DNA of 18,562 bases. Source: Candidatus Zixiibacteriota bacterium (GTDB taxonomy: Bacteria > Zixibacteria > MSB-5A5 > GN15 > FEB-12). Position 1 is the stretch's first letter, and each line of letters begins with the position of its first letter. Below are positions 8,322-16,067 of this stretch, piece after piece. The notes below the pieces were generated by a model. That model saw nothing but the letters and a program-made list of their open reading frames with translations, was not told the origin of the DNA and did no database searches. A program made the position numbers and the translations under genes. Location: contig JBGSIV010000257.1 in assembly GCA_041742355.1 (NCBI GenBank), positions 1 to 18,562 of the forward strand, read 5' to 3'.

Positions 8322-8837
8322 ATGACCATTTTGCGTCTGCGCGCAACTGCGGTGGGTCTTGCCCTTGCCGCTGTTTCCTTCACGCCGTTTGTCGCTTCTT
8401 CCGCCCAATCTACGGACCCGGTCCGCGCCGCCGTGTCGCTCGACGCCTTCGCTTTCATGGCGGGTCGATGGCAGGCAGCCGCTTTCGGCGGTACGCTGGA
8501 GGAGGCTTGGGATCGCCCCTGGGATGGCTCCATGATCGGCACGTGCAAGGTCTCGGTCGACGGGAACCCTTCGTTCTATGAGTTCATGTCGATCACCATC
8601 GACTCAGCCGGCCCGGTCATGAAAATCAAACACTTCAACCCCGACTTTACCGGATGGGAGGAGAAGGGTGAATCCACTGTCTTCCCATTCATCGGTGTGA
8701 GCGACAACGAGGCCCGGTTCGAAGGCGTCACGTACACCCTGCTTTCCGATGATTCCCTGCGGATCATCATCAACCTCGGCCACTCCGAGGGGGAGTCGCG
8801 CGAAATGTCGATCGACTGCCACCGCATTCGCGATTAG
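8322..8837 (+). CDS. DUF6265-like exported protein
   Basis: Signal peptide, then F.FMAGRW...EEAW..P..GSMIG...FYEFM.I...KHF..D..GWEEK; GGAG RBS at 8313-8316 before ATG 8322. Confidence 0.75.
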   Translation: MTILRLRATAVGLALAAVSFTPFVASSAQSTDPVRAAVSLDAFAFMAGRWQAAAFGGTLEEAWDRPWDGSMIGTCKVSVDGNPSFYEFMSITIDSAGPVMKIKHFNPDFTGWEEKGESTVFPFIGVSDNEARFEGVTYTLLSDDSLRIIINLGHSEGESREMSIDCHRIRD

Positions 8838-8867
8838 CCCTTGATATAGGAAGGGGCAAGGCGCCCG

Positions 8868-10994
8868 CTACGTTGCGCCGTACAGGCGCGGGTAGCAGCG
8901 GGTGTGCCAGCGTTCGATCTCTGTTCGATCGGCGCAGGTCAACCCGTACAGGTTGTATACGATTCGGTCGATTTCCGGCTGCTCCATCCGGCGGAACGGA
9001 TAGTAGCGATCCATCCGTTGCTTTGCGACAATGTCATCCACGAGCCCGAGAAGGCGTCCGGTCGACTCGACATCCATGTGCGGCAGGGGGATCTCCTTGA
9101 GTGGGTTCTCCGCCACGTTGACCGAGTTGTTGATAAACGCGCGAAACAGGTACCGTACCGTCGTCGAATTCAGGATCGCCAGCAGCAGGCGCAGGTCGAT
9201 CCGGTCGGTGAAGAGCGTCGAACCGGCCGTATCGAATACGCTCGAGGAGCCAAGGCGGAATGTCGGCGCGTACTGACCCGTGTGCGAGAAGGTAATCCCC
9301 GGCCGAAAGTAGAACTGCCGTCCATCGTGACGAAACCCGGGCAGCTGCTTCATCGTCGCGACACTCGACTTCCCCCAATCGATGTAGTATTCGGTCGGTA
9401 TCCAGTAGCAGGGCAACCAGCCGTCCACCATCCGGCTCCCGCCGCCCTTGTCGTACGGCACCAGGTACCGCCCGCCGAACTGCTCCGGGTCGATCCCGTT
9501 CTGCCGCTCGTCATCGCTCAAATGCCTGAGTTCTTCCGCCGGAATTATCATCTTTGGGTCGGCCTTACGGTACCGCCCCGAGACTGCGGCATTCGCATAG
9601 ACAAACCGCTGCGTCGCCCCGGTGGTCAACCCGTGTCGCACCGATGCGATATCTCCCAACCGCACCAGGTCCGGATCCAGCAACAGGCGAAATAACTCCG
9701 CCGATCCCACAAAGATCGGGCTACTCGGGTGTCGTGAACACAGCACCTGGGGATAACGATACGTCGCACCCCCGGCGCCCGCGGTCCATCGGCCGCCCGG
9801 ATCCGGGAGAGGCAGGGGAGGGGTGCCCCGACCATCGACCGCAAGAATGCAGTGATCCTCGCCCGGGAATCCCTTGCGCAGTAACAGTATCTCCGGCCCC
9901 ACGGTCGCATCAAACGTCGCGCCGGGCAGTTCGGCGACCAATTCTATCCGGCTTGTTGTCAACACCCGCTTCCGCAACGGGCGGTGACTCCGGATTGTCC
10001 GCCACGTTTCGGGGATTACCAGCCCCGCGACACCCTCATCGTTCAGCAGGCCCAGCGTCCGCGCCACGAACAACCCGTAGGCATCCCGCGACTGCATTCC
10101 CTCGGTCCGAGGATCGAAGAGCCGGTCCCTCGCCGGAAGTGACGCTTTCACGCCGTACGGCGGATTGGTCACGATGATGTCCCATTGCCTTCGGCCGCCA
10201 ATCTCAATGTGCTCAGCCAGGGCATCGCCCACCCGTATTTGCCCTTTCAAGGTATCGGCGTCGAGCCCCCGACTCCCCGTCGCGCGGGACTCCAGCCACA
10301 GACGGAGTCTCGTCACCCCGACTGCCCGGGGATCAAGATCTATCCCGTACAGCGTTACTTCGGGGGCCTCAACGGCCGGTATCTCGCGTGCGGCCCGGTA
10401 CATTCCAATCAGAAACTCCCCGCCGCCGCAGGCCGGATCGAGTACTGCTTTCGGTGTTCTTCCGCGAGCCAGTACTTCGCGGCAGATGCAGGCCACCACC
10501 TCTAACGGCGTGTAGTAAGCCCCTCGCTCCCGGCGATCACCGCCCAGGTATTCCACCAGCGCCGCCAGCGTCCCGTGGTCGGTCGCCGGATCCGGCCGCT
10601 GATCTAGGATCGTCGGCCGCCTGGTCAAGAGCCCTCCTTCGCCGATAATCGGCCTCAGCAGGCTATCGTCAATGTCGATTCTGGTCGCATCCCTGCCGAC
10701 GCTTTTCGGGACCGGTAGCAGGTCTCGCAGCACGTCTGCCGATTCAGTCGCCAAGTTGCGATCGATCTCGGTGTACAGCATCGGCATCAGGGCTGTCCGG
10801 TAGAGGTGTCTTCGCTCCGGAGGGGGGCTGCCGGCGAGATGTAGGAATACGAGCCTGATCAGCAGGTCATGCGCGAGGGCATGCCGTTCGGCCTGCGGGA
10901 ACGGCCCGGCCATGCCGTCCGCAATCCGTCCCACGGCTGCCTCACACTTTCGCAAAAATGCTCGTTGCATCAACTCCTCAATACATTTGCCCAT
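8868..10994 (-). CDS. N6-adenine DNA methyltransferase (Eco57I/TaqI/PglX-like, gamma class) with C-terminal target recognition region
   Basis: GAYYTP, VLDPACGGGEFL, YGIDLD, GDAL, DIIVTNPPY; C-terminal PYDKGG, EYYIDW, FYFRPGITFS, LAILNS, EID..VY.LYGL. Alternative start ATG 10970. Confidence 0.85.
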   Translation of the reverse strand: MGKCIEELMQRAFLRKCEAAVGRIADGMAGPFPQAERHALAHDLLIRLVFLHLAGSPPPERRHLYRTALMPMLYTEIDRNLATESADVLRDLLPVPKSVGRDATRIDIDDSLLRPIIGEGGLLTRRPTILDQRPDPATDHGTLAALVEYLGGDRRERGAYYTPLEVVACICREVLARGRTPKAVLDPACGGGEFLIGMYRAAREIPAVEAPEVTLYGIDLDPRAVGVTRLRLWLESRATGSRGLDADTLKGQIRVGDALAEHIEIGGRRQWDIIVTNPPYGVKASLPARDRLFDPRTEGMQSRDAYGLFVARTLGLLNDEGVAGLVIPETWRTIRSHRPLRKRVLTTSRIELVAELPGATFDATVGPEILLLRKGFPGEDHCILAVDGRGTPPLPLPDPGGRWTAGAGGATYRYPQVLCSRHPSSPIFVGSAELFRLLLDPDLVRLGDIASVRHGLTTGATQRFVYANAAVSGRYRKADPKMIIPAEELRHLSDDERQNGIDPEQFGGRYLVPYDKGGGSRMVDGWLPCYWIPTEYYIDWGKSSVATMKQLPGFRHDGRQFYFRPGITFSHTGQYAPTFRLGSSSVFDTAGSTLFTDRIDLRLLLAILNSTTVRYLFRAFINNSVNVAENPLKEIPLPHMDVESTGRLLGLVDDIVAKQRMDRYYPFRRMEQPEIDRIVYNLYGLTCADRTEIERWHTRCYPRLYGAT

Positions 10995-11027
10995 GATTGC
11001 CCGGAGACTAAGATACTGGTAGCAAGT

Positions 11028-11446
11028 GAGCGCGTAAAGCTCGACCTCGTGCTGTCCTGAACGCAGGTTGACTGGCCGGCCCCCGGATTGTCCTGGCCCA
11101 CATCGACAACCCGTCTCCTTACCGAGTGGGCCAATACGGAGTGGACATTCCCACCTTCGAGGATTTCCTGATGGGTTTGCCCCTCGATTCTCTGCCTCCT
11201 GGTCCTGTGATCATTGATGAAATCGGGAGAATGGAGTGCTTCTCGTCTCGCTTCCGTGAGCTGGTGCCTGCCCTCCTTGATTGGCCCGGTCCCCTCCTTG
11301 CGACCGTGGCGCTTCGCAGTAGTGGCTTCATCGCCCAGGTGAAAGCCCGCACCGACATCCGACTGGTAGAAATAACCTTGAAGAACCGCAATGACTTAAT
11401 ATCAGGATTGACCGATCGTCTCAAAACCCTCGTCAAACCCCGGTAG
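11028..11446 (+). pseudogene. 5'-truncated and frameshifted NTPase_1 (THEP1-like nucleoside triphosphatase)
   Basis: LAH....PYRVGQYGVD, VIIDEIGRME, ATVA and ITLKNRN are present. In-frame TGA at 11069-11071 upstream; no Walker A motif seen in the gap back to the MTase start at 10994. Confidence 0.7.
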
Positions 11447-11482
11447 CACGTCAATCCGCTGTGCGTCAGCCTCTCGTAGCGG

Positions 11483-11510
11483 TTGACAAGTCCCAATATT
11501 GTCGTATTTT
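11483..11510 (+). promoter_or_regulatory. Putative sigma70-type promoter
   Basis: TTGACA-N16-TATTTT, about 80 nt upstream of GTG 11593. Confidence 0.55.
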
Positions 11511-11592
11511 ATGGCGGACGAAACCGGAGTAAATTGTACAATTTGACCTGATTGGCCGGACGATTACTAACCTGTGATTAACGAGGGCTCCC

Positions 11593-12789
11593 GTGGACAA
11601 TCTGATATACCTCGACAACGCCGCCACCTCGTGGCCCAAGCCGGACCGCGTCTACGAATTCATGATCGATTTCTACCGCAGTTGCGGAGTCAACCCCGGT
11701 CGATCCGGCTTTGACAAAGCGATCGAAGCCGGCAATATCCTTGAGGATCTCCGCAAACGCCTCACCAAGTTCTTCGGCGGCGACGAGTCCAACCCGGAGC
11801 GCCTCTGCTTCGGCTACAACGCCACCGATGCGCTCAACCTGATCATCCAGGGAACCCTTTCCCGCGGCGACCACGTCGTCACCACCAATGTTGAACACAA
11901 TTCCGTCATCCGCCCGGTCAACCATATGGTGCGCGACAACGGCGTTGAAGCGACCTTTGTCCCGTTCAACTCGCAGGGGTTTGTTGAACCGGAGGAAATC
12001 AGACGGGCGATCCGCTCGAACACGAAGCTGGTGATCGTCAACCATGGTTCCAATGTTATCGGCACCATTCAACCGGTCGCCGAGATCGGCCAGCTTTGTC
12101 GCGAGGCAGGGGTGACCTTCGCGATCGACGCCTCCCAGACCGCCGGGGTCGTCCCGATCGATATGCAGGCCATGAATATCGATGTCCTCGCCTTCACCGG
12201 GCACAAAGGACTCATGGGTTCTACCGGTATCGGCGGGCTATGCGTGCGCAAACACGTCGAGCTTCGGCACTCCCGCTCGGGCGGCACAGGCGTCCGGTCG
12301 GCCTATCCGTACCATCTCGATGAGTACCCGTACCGCATGGAGTACGGTACGCCGAACATGGTTGGGATCGCCTCCCTGTGGGCCGGTCAGGACTGGATTG
12401 AGCAGCAGGGCGGGGTCGAGCGTATCCACGCCCAGGAGATGAAACTCGCCCGCAAGCTGGTCGAGGGTCTCCGCGCGATTGAGGGTGTCACCCTTTACTG
12501 TTGCGACAGCCTCGAGAATCACCTTTCGACTGTCTCGATGAACGTCGAGGGCTTCGAGGCCGGCGACGTCGGTATCATGCTCGATGTCGACCATGACATC
12601 GCCACGCGTACCGGCCTGCATTGCGCCCCGCTGGTGCACAAGCAGCTCGGCCTCGTTGAGCGGCACGGCGCTGTGCGGTTCGCCATTGGCCCGTTCAACA
12701 CCGAGGCCCATATCGATGCCGCCATTAGCGCCGTTGTCGATATTGCCGAGCAGGCCCGCGCGCGGCTCCTGCAATCCAGCGGCCGGTAA
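11593..12789 (+). CDS. Aminotransferase class V PLP enzyme, cysteine desulfurase/selenocysteine lyase-like
   Basis: IYLDNAATSWPKP, NAT.ALN, EHNSV, DASQTAG, FTGHKGL (PLP Lys), GTPN, RTGLHCAP (catalytic Cys). Confidence 0.92.
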   Translation: MDNLIYLDNAATSWPKPDRVYEFMIDFYRSCGVNPGRSGFDKAIEAGNILEDLRKRLTKFFGGDESNPERLCFGYNATDALNLIIQGTLSRGDHVVTTNVEHNSVIRPVNHMVRDNGVEATFVPFNSQGFVEPEEIRRAIRSNTKLVIVNHGSNVIGTIQPVAEIGQLCREAGVTFAIDASQTAGVVPIDMQAMNIDVLAFTGHKGLMGSTGIGGLCVRKHVELRHSRSGGTGVRSAYPYHLDEYPYRMEYGTPNMVGIASLWAGQDWIEQQGGVERIHAQEMKLARKLVEGLRAIEGVTLYCCDSLENHLSTVSMNVEGFEAGDVGIMLDVDHDIATRTGLHCAPLVHKQLGLVERHGAVRFAIGPFNTEAHIDAAISAVVDIAEQARARLLQSSGR

Positions 12790-12811
12790 TGTGACCGCAA
12801 CCAGGTTATGA

Positions 12812-12843
12812 AGAAAGCCCACCTGCGTACAGGTGGGCTTTTC
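12812..12843. terminator. Bidirectional intrinsic terminator
   Basis: AAAGCCCACCTG-CGTA-CAGGTGGGCTTT between convergent genes. Confidence 0.9.
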
Positions 12844-12868
12844 TATTGCCGTATCAGGCAGAGCGGGA

Positions 12869-13750
12869 CTATATGTCCAGGTCTCCGGTATACATGTCAG
12901 TGTGTTTCGGGTCCACTTTGACCTTGTGCGCGGCGGCCCAGATTTTCATCTGCGCCTCGGCATAGGTCGAGATCTCTTCATTGTAGATCATGCCGAGGTT
13001 CTGGGCGGCATACAGGAAATAGTACGTCCAGGCGCCGTTCTGCAGGTCGGCGGCGTCGTAGGAGTACTTCGAGGTCGAGGCGGTGGACAGCACAGTGCCG
13101 GTCTTGCAGTCGGCATGGAAGTCGCCGATCACGCACGCATCGAGGTTGATCGTCTTCTTGGTGCAATTCGCGCCGTTAAGATATCCCATCACGTACGTGT
13201 GCGTCAAATAGTACAGGTCGCGCGAGATGATGCTTGATCCGCCGGTCGGTCTGATCTTGGTGCCGTGGCCGGAGTAGAAGAAGGCGATTTCGTCGCCGGG
13301 CACTGCCACCGTCTTCAGCCAGTTCAAACCGGCTTCGATGTTGGTTGCCGAGGCTGCATAGTCAACGTCGCTGCGGATTGTGAATCCCTGCGTGTTGAGG
13401 TACGCAATGACGTCGCGGGCATCGTCGTCGCAGTAGGTCAGGTCGTTGGCCGTGCCGTCGTAGTCGGAAATCCCGATCACGTAGGCGTATTTGTGAGCCG
13501 GGTTCGGGTTGGGATCGACGGCAGCCGCACCGGGGACCGGCGGGCGGTCGGTGTTCAGGACGGCCGTGCCGAACTTCGTGTGCGCCAGTTTCACATCATC
13601 GGAGCGGTTATCGATGAATTCCGGACGCTGGACGAATGAGCTCACCTGAGTCTGATCGTCGATCGGACCCGTTACTCCCGGCTCTTCCGAGCAACCGTAG
13701 AGAGCCAACAGCAAGCCGCACAGGCTGAGCAGTACGAGTAGCCTTTTCAT
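12869..13750 (-). CDS. Caspase family (peptidase C14, metacaspase-like) lipoprotein, paralog 2
   Basis: GAGGAG RBS; MKRLL...LALYGC lipobox; KYAYVIGISDY, DL.YCDDDA, FFYSGHG (His), LDAC (Cys), GAWTYYF; 293 aa from ATG 13750. Confidence 0.85.
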   Translation of the reverse strand: MKRLLVLLSLCGLLLALYGCSEEPGVTGPIDDQTQVSSFVQRPEFIDNRSDDVKLAHTKFGTAVLNTDRPPVPGAAAVDPNPNPAHKYAYVIGISDYDGTANDLTYCDDDARDVIAYLNTQGFTIRSDVDYAASATNIEAGLNWLKTVAVPGDEIAFFYSGHGTKIRPTGGSSIISRDLYYLTHTYVMGYLNGANCTKKTINLDACVIGDFHADCKTGTVLSTASTSKYSYDAADLQNGAWTYYFLYAAQNLGMIYNEEISTYAEAQMKIWAAAHKVKVDPKHTDMYTGDLDI

Positions 13751-13769
13751 GTGAGACATCTCCTCTTGG

Positions 13770-13868
13770 TGATTGGTGTGATGCACTATCAGAGGGAGTT
13801 CACCCCCGGTGCCGAACGCAGAAGACCTCCTTCCCGCGGAGGACGCGGCGGCTTGGTTGCTCTCATTC
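13770..13868 (-). repeat. Conserved 5' leader element, copy 2 (homologous to 14968-15065)
   Basis: Minus strand ATGAGAGCAACCAAGCCGCC..GTC.TC..GGGAAGGAGGT..CGTT..CCGGGGGTGAACTCCC..TAGTGCATCAC. Confidence 0.65.
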
Positions 13869-13924
13869 CCCGGCATTCTTCCTCTCTGTCGAATTCCGGG
13901 AAACGATCCTGTGGGTGCTTCCCA

Positions 13925-13952
13925 AATATACGAAAACAAACAAATCTGTCCA
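13925..13952 (-). promoter_or_regulatory. Putative sigma70-type promoter of paralog 2
   Basis: Minus strand TGGACA-N16-TATATT then TGGGAAGCA. Confidence 0.55.
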
Positions 13953-14007
13953 CGCTTTTTGTGGACTGGGGGAGGTTTTTTGGCCATTCGATGGACGGTC
14001 GGCAGGT

Positions 14008-14044
14008 AAATAGAAAGAGCCCGCATCGAAAGAAGCGGGCTCTT
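14008..14044 (-). terminator. Intrinsic terminator between the two caspase paralogs
   Basis: AAGAGCCCGC-N10-GCGGGCTCTT followed by TCTATTT on the minus strand. Confidence 0.8.
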
Positions 14045-14067
14045 GTATAGGCATTCCGTGCGAAGCT

Positions 14068-14943
14068 TTAGATATCGAGCTTCCCGGTGTAGTTGTCGGT
14101 CATCTTGGGGGCCACTTTGACCCGGTGAGCGGATGCCCACGTCTTCATGCCGGCGTTAGCATAGTTGCAAATATCCTCGCCGTAAATCATCGTATTGGTG
14201 GCCTGCAGGAAGTAGTACGTCCAGGCGCCGTGCTGCAGATCCGCAGCGTCATAGGAGTAGCCGCTCGTGGAGGCGGTCGCCATGATCATGCCGGCCGGGA
14301 CGCCGGTGTGGAAGCTGCTCAGCTTGCAGGCATCCATCGGGATGAACTTCTTGCTGCAGTTGGCACCGTTGAGATACTGCATGACCCACGCGTTGGTGAG
14401 GTAGTACAGGTCGGTCGAAATGAGGCAGGTGCCGTAGCTGGAGTACGTGGTGCCGTGGCCGGAGTAGTAGAACGCGATCTCGTCACCGGGGACCGCCGCA
14501 TTCATCAACCAGGTCAGGCCGGCTTCAATATTGGCCGAAGTTGCATTCCGGTCTATGTCACTGCGGACGGTGAAGCCCTGGCTGTTGTAGTACGAGATGA
14601 TATCGCGGGCATCTTCGTCGCAGTAGTTCAGGTCGTTGGCCGTGCCCTCGTAGTCCGAGATGCCGATCACGTACGCATACTTGTGAGCCGGATTCGGATT
14701 GGGGTCGGTGCCGCCGCCCGGATCCGGAGGCGGGGGCTTCAGAGCGTAGTTTTGCGGATTCCCGAGCTTGGTGAAGCGGGCAATTTCCCCCGCGGGACGG
14801 TGGTCGACAAAATCAGGACGCTGAACAAGCGCACCCAGAGCGCTTGGATCGCTCGTCGGGTTCATAACCTGGGAGTTCTGATCGCAGCCGTAAATCAGCA
14901 GGAGCGAGCAGCACAGGCCGAGCAGTATTAACAGCCTTTTCAT
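14068..14943 (-). CDS. Caspase family (peptidase C14, metacaspase-like) lipoprotein, paralog 1
   Basis: GGAGGAG RBS; MKRLL...LLIYGC lipobox; KYAYVIGISDY, FYYSGHG, MDAC, HGAWTYYF; 291 aa from ATG 14943. Confidence 0.85.
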   Translation of the reverse strand: MKRLLILLGLCCSLLLIYGCDQNSQVMNPTSDPSALGALVQRPDFVDHRPAGEIARFTKLGNPQNYALKPPPPDPGGGTDPNPNPAHKYAYVIGISDYEGTANDLNYCDEDARDIISYYNSQGFTVRSDIDRNATSANIEAGLTWLMNAAVPGDEIAFYYSGHGTTYSSYGTCLISTDLYYLTNAWVMQYLNGANCSKKFIPMDACKLSSFHTGVPAGMIMATASTSGYSYDAADLQHGAWTYYFLQATNTMIYGEDICNYANAGMKTWASAHRVKVAPKMTDNYTGKLDI

Positions 14944-14967
14944 GAAGATGTCTCCTCCAAAAGATTC

Positions 14968-15065
14968 TGGTGATGCTACACTAGAGAATCGGGTGTTCAA
15001 CCCGGAGAACCAAAACGACGGCAACCTCCTTTCCACGATGACTTGGCGGTTTCGTAGCTTCATGC
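14968..15065 (-). repeat. Conserved 5' leader element, copy 1 (homologous to 13770-13868)
   Basis: Minus strand ATGAAGCTACGAAACCGCC..GTC.TC..GGAAAGGAGGT..CGTT..CCGGGTTGAACACCC..TAGTGTAGCATCAC. Confidence 0.65.
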
Positions 15066-15121
15066 GGCGGTTGCGTTCCAGTGGTGCCGATTGACGGCAT
15101 CAGATAGGGGAATGCATCCTA

Positions 15122-15151
15122 AATATAGTCCAATCTCTACATTTTTGTCTA
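15122..15151 (-). promoter_or_regulatory. Putative sigma70-type promoter of paralog 1
   Basis: Minus strand TAGACA-N18-TATATT then TAGGATGCA. Confidence 0.55.
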
Positions 15152-15382
15152 CCATATTTTCACTCAAGCCAGATTCTTTCTACGCGGCCGCCGCATTGCC
15201 GTTCCTTCCCCGGCTTCCCGGCGGCCAGCGGATGTCATGCCCAACGGCAAAAAAACTGCACAATTCTTCGCATCCGACTGCAATTGTCACCGGGCCGACT
15301 TTCGTCGCATCGCACCCCGCCGGGAAGACGGTCTGCTCAATATCCCTTTTCCATACCCGGACGGCTACCCGATGTCGCACGC

Positions 15383-15410
15383 GGAACCTGACAGCCCTTC
15401 ATTTGTTGTA
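15383..15410 (+). promoter_or_regulatory. Putative ECF-sigma promoter for the downstream cluster
   Basis: GGAAC-N17-GTTGTA, about 155 nt upstream of ATG 15567. Confidence 0.4.
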
Positions 15411-15566
15411 GGTGCATATCACAGACAAGTCTTTCAGCCGGTCCACAGACTTTCAGCGCCACCTGCCCGGGTCTTTCACGCACGCCGTTTCACCCATCTT
15501 CACAGCTCTGGCTGTGCCGAAGAGTTCATCGCCTCGTTCCTGTCGGCCGCAAGAAGAGAGGATGAA

Positions 15567-16040
15567 ATGCAGTACAGTGAGTTCATTGGCAGAGTGCAGA
15601 GTATGGCCGGTCTGCCGTCCGAGGACGAGGCCGTGAAGGTTACCCGCGTGACCCTGCAGACTCTTGCGACCCGTTTGGCCGGAAACGAGTCCCGACATAT
15701 CGCGGACCAGCTGCCCGCCGAAGTCGGTCGCTTCCTCGCCGAATCAGGCGCGGATCAACGGACCGAGAGTTTCTCGCTCAACGAATTCTACCAGCGGGTG
15801 GCCGAGCGCACGGGCGCCGACGAGCCCGCCGCCCGACACCACTGCCGGGCGGTCATGAGCGTGTTGCGCAACGCCCTGTCCCCCGGCGAAATGGATGATA
15901 TCAAGGCACAGCTCCCCGAGGAGTTCGACGCCCTCCTGAACCCGCCCGACATAGATCCGAGCCAGCCGAAAGCGCGCGGCAAACGGGCCGGTGGCTCTAA
16001 ACGGGGCAGTATCAGACGGCCGGGCGGCGCCGAAGAATGA
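15567..16040 (+). CDS. DUF2267 domain protein
   Basis: MQYSEFIGRVQ..A, TLQTLATRL, IADQLP, FS..EFYQRVAER, RAVMSVL, GE..DIKAQLP; GAGAGGA RBS before ATG 15567. Confidence 0.85.
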   Translation: MQYSEFIGRVQSMAGLPSEDEAVKVTRVTLQTLATRLAGNESRHIADQLPAEVGRFLAESGADQRTESFSLNEFYQRVAERTGADEPAARHHCRAVMSVLRNALSPGEMDDIKAQLPEEFDALLNPPDIDPSQPKARGKRAGGSKRGSIRRPGGAEE

Positions 16041-16067
16041 CCGCTCCTGCCGCTTGAGGAGAGGCTT

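Noticed and set aside
8837..8857. Hairpin between DUF6265 and the MTase
   Set aside because: Short stem with a G-U pair and no U-tract on either strand.
11069..11071. Selenocysteine read-through of the TGA upstream of the NTPase fragment
   Set aside because: Not a Cys-equivalent position, and read-through would not restore Walker A; a frameshift explains it better.
13790..13835. c-di-AMP (ydaO) riboswitch suggested by GGGGTGAA and GAAGGAG
   Set aside because: Block order is wrong and the CCCGAACCCG.CAGCTAA core is missing.
13751..14140. N-terminal extension of caspase paralog 2 in the ORF track (423 aa)
   Set aside because: It runs through a terminator, a promoter and the end of paralog 1; the RBS and signal peptide begin at 13750.
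14944..15063. 40-aa in-frame extension of paralog 1
   Set aside because: ATG 15063 has no SD, the extension would bury the lipoprotein signal, and it is not similar in protein to the paralog 2 extension.
15237..15566. 110-aa extension of the DUF2267 ORF
   Set aside because: No domain-like sequence; the RBS and family start are at 15567.
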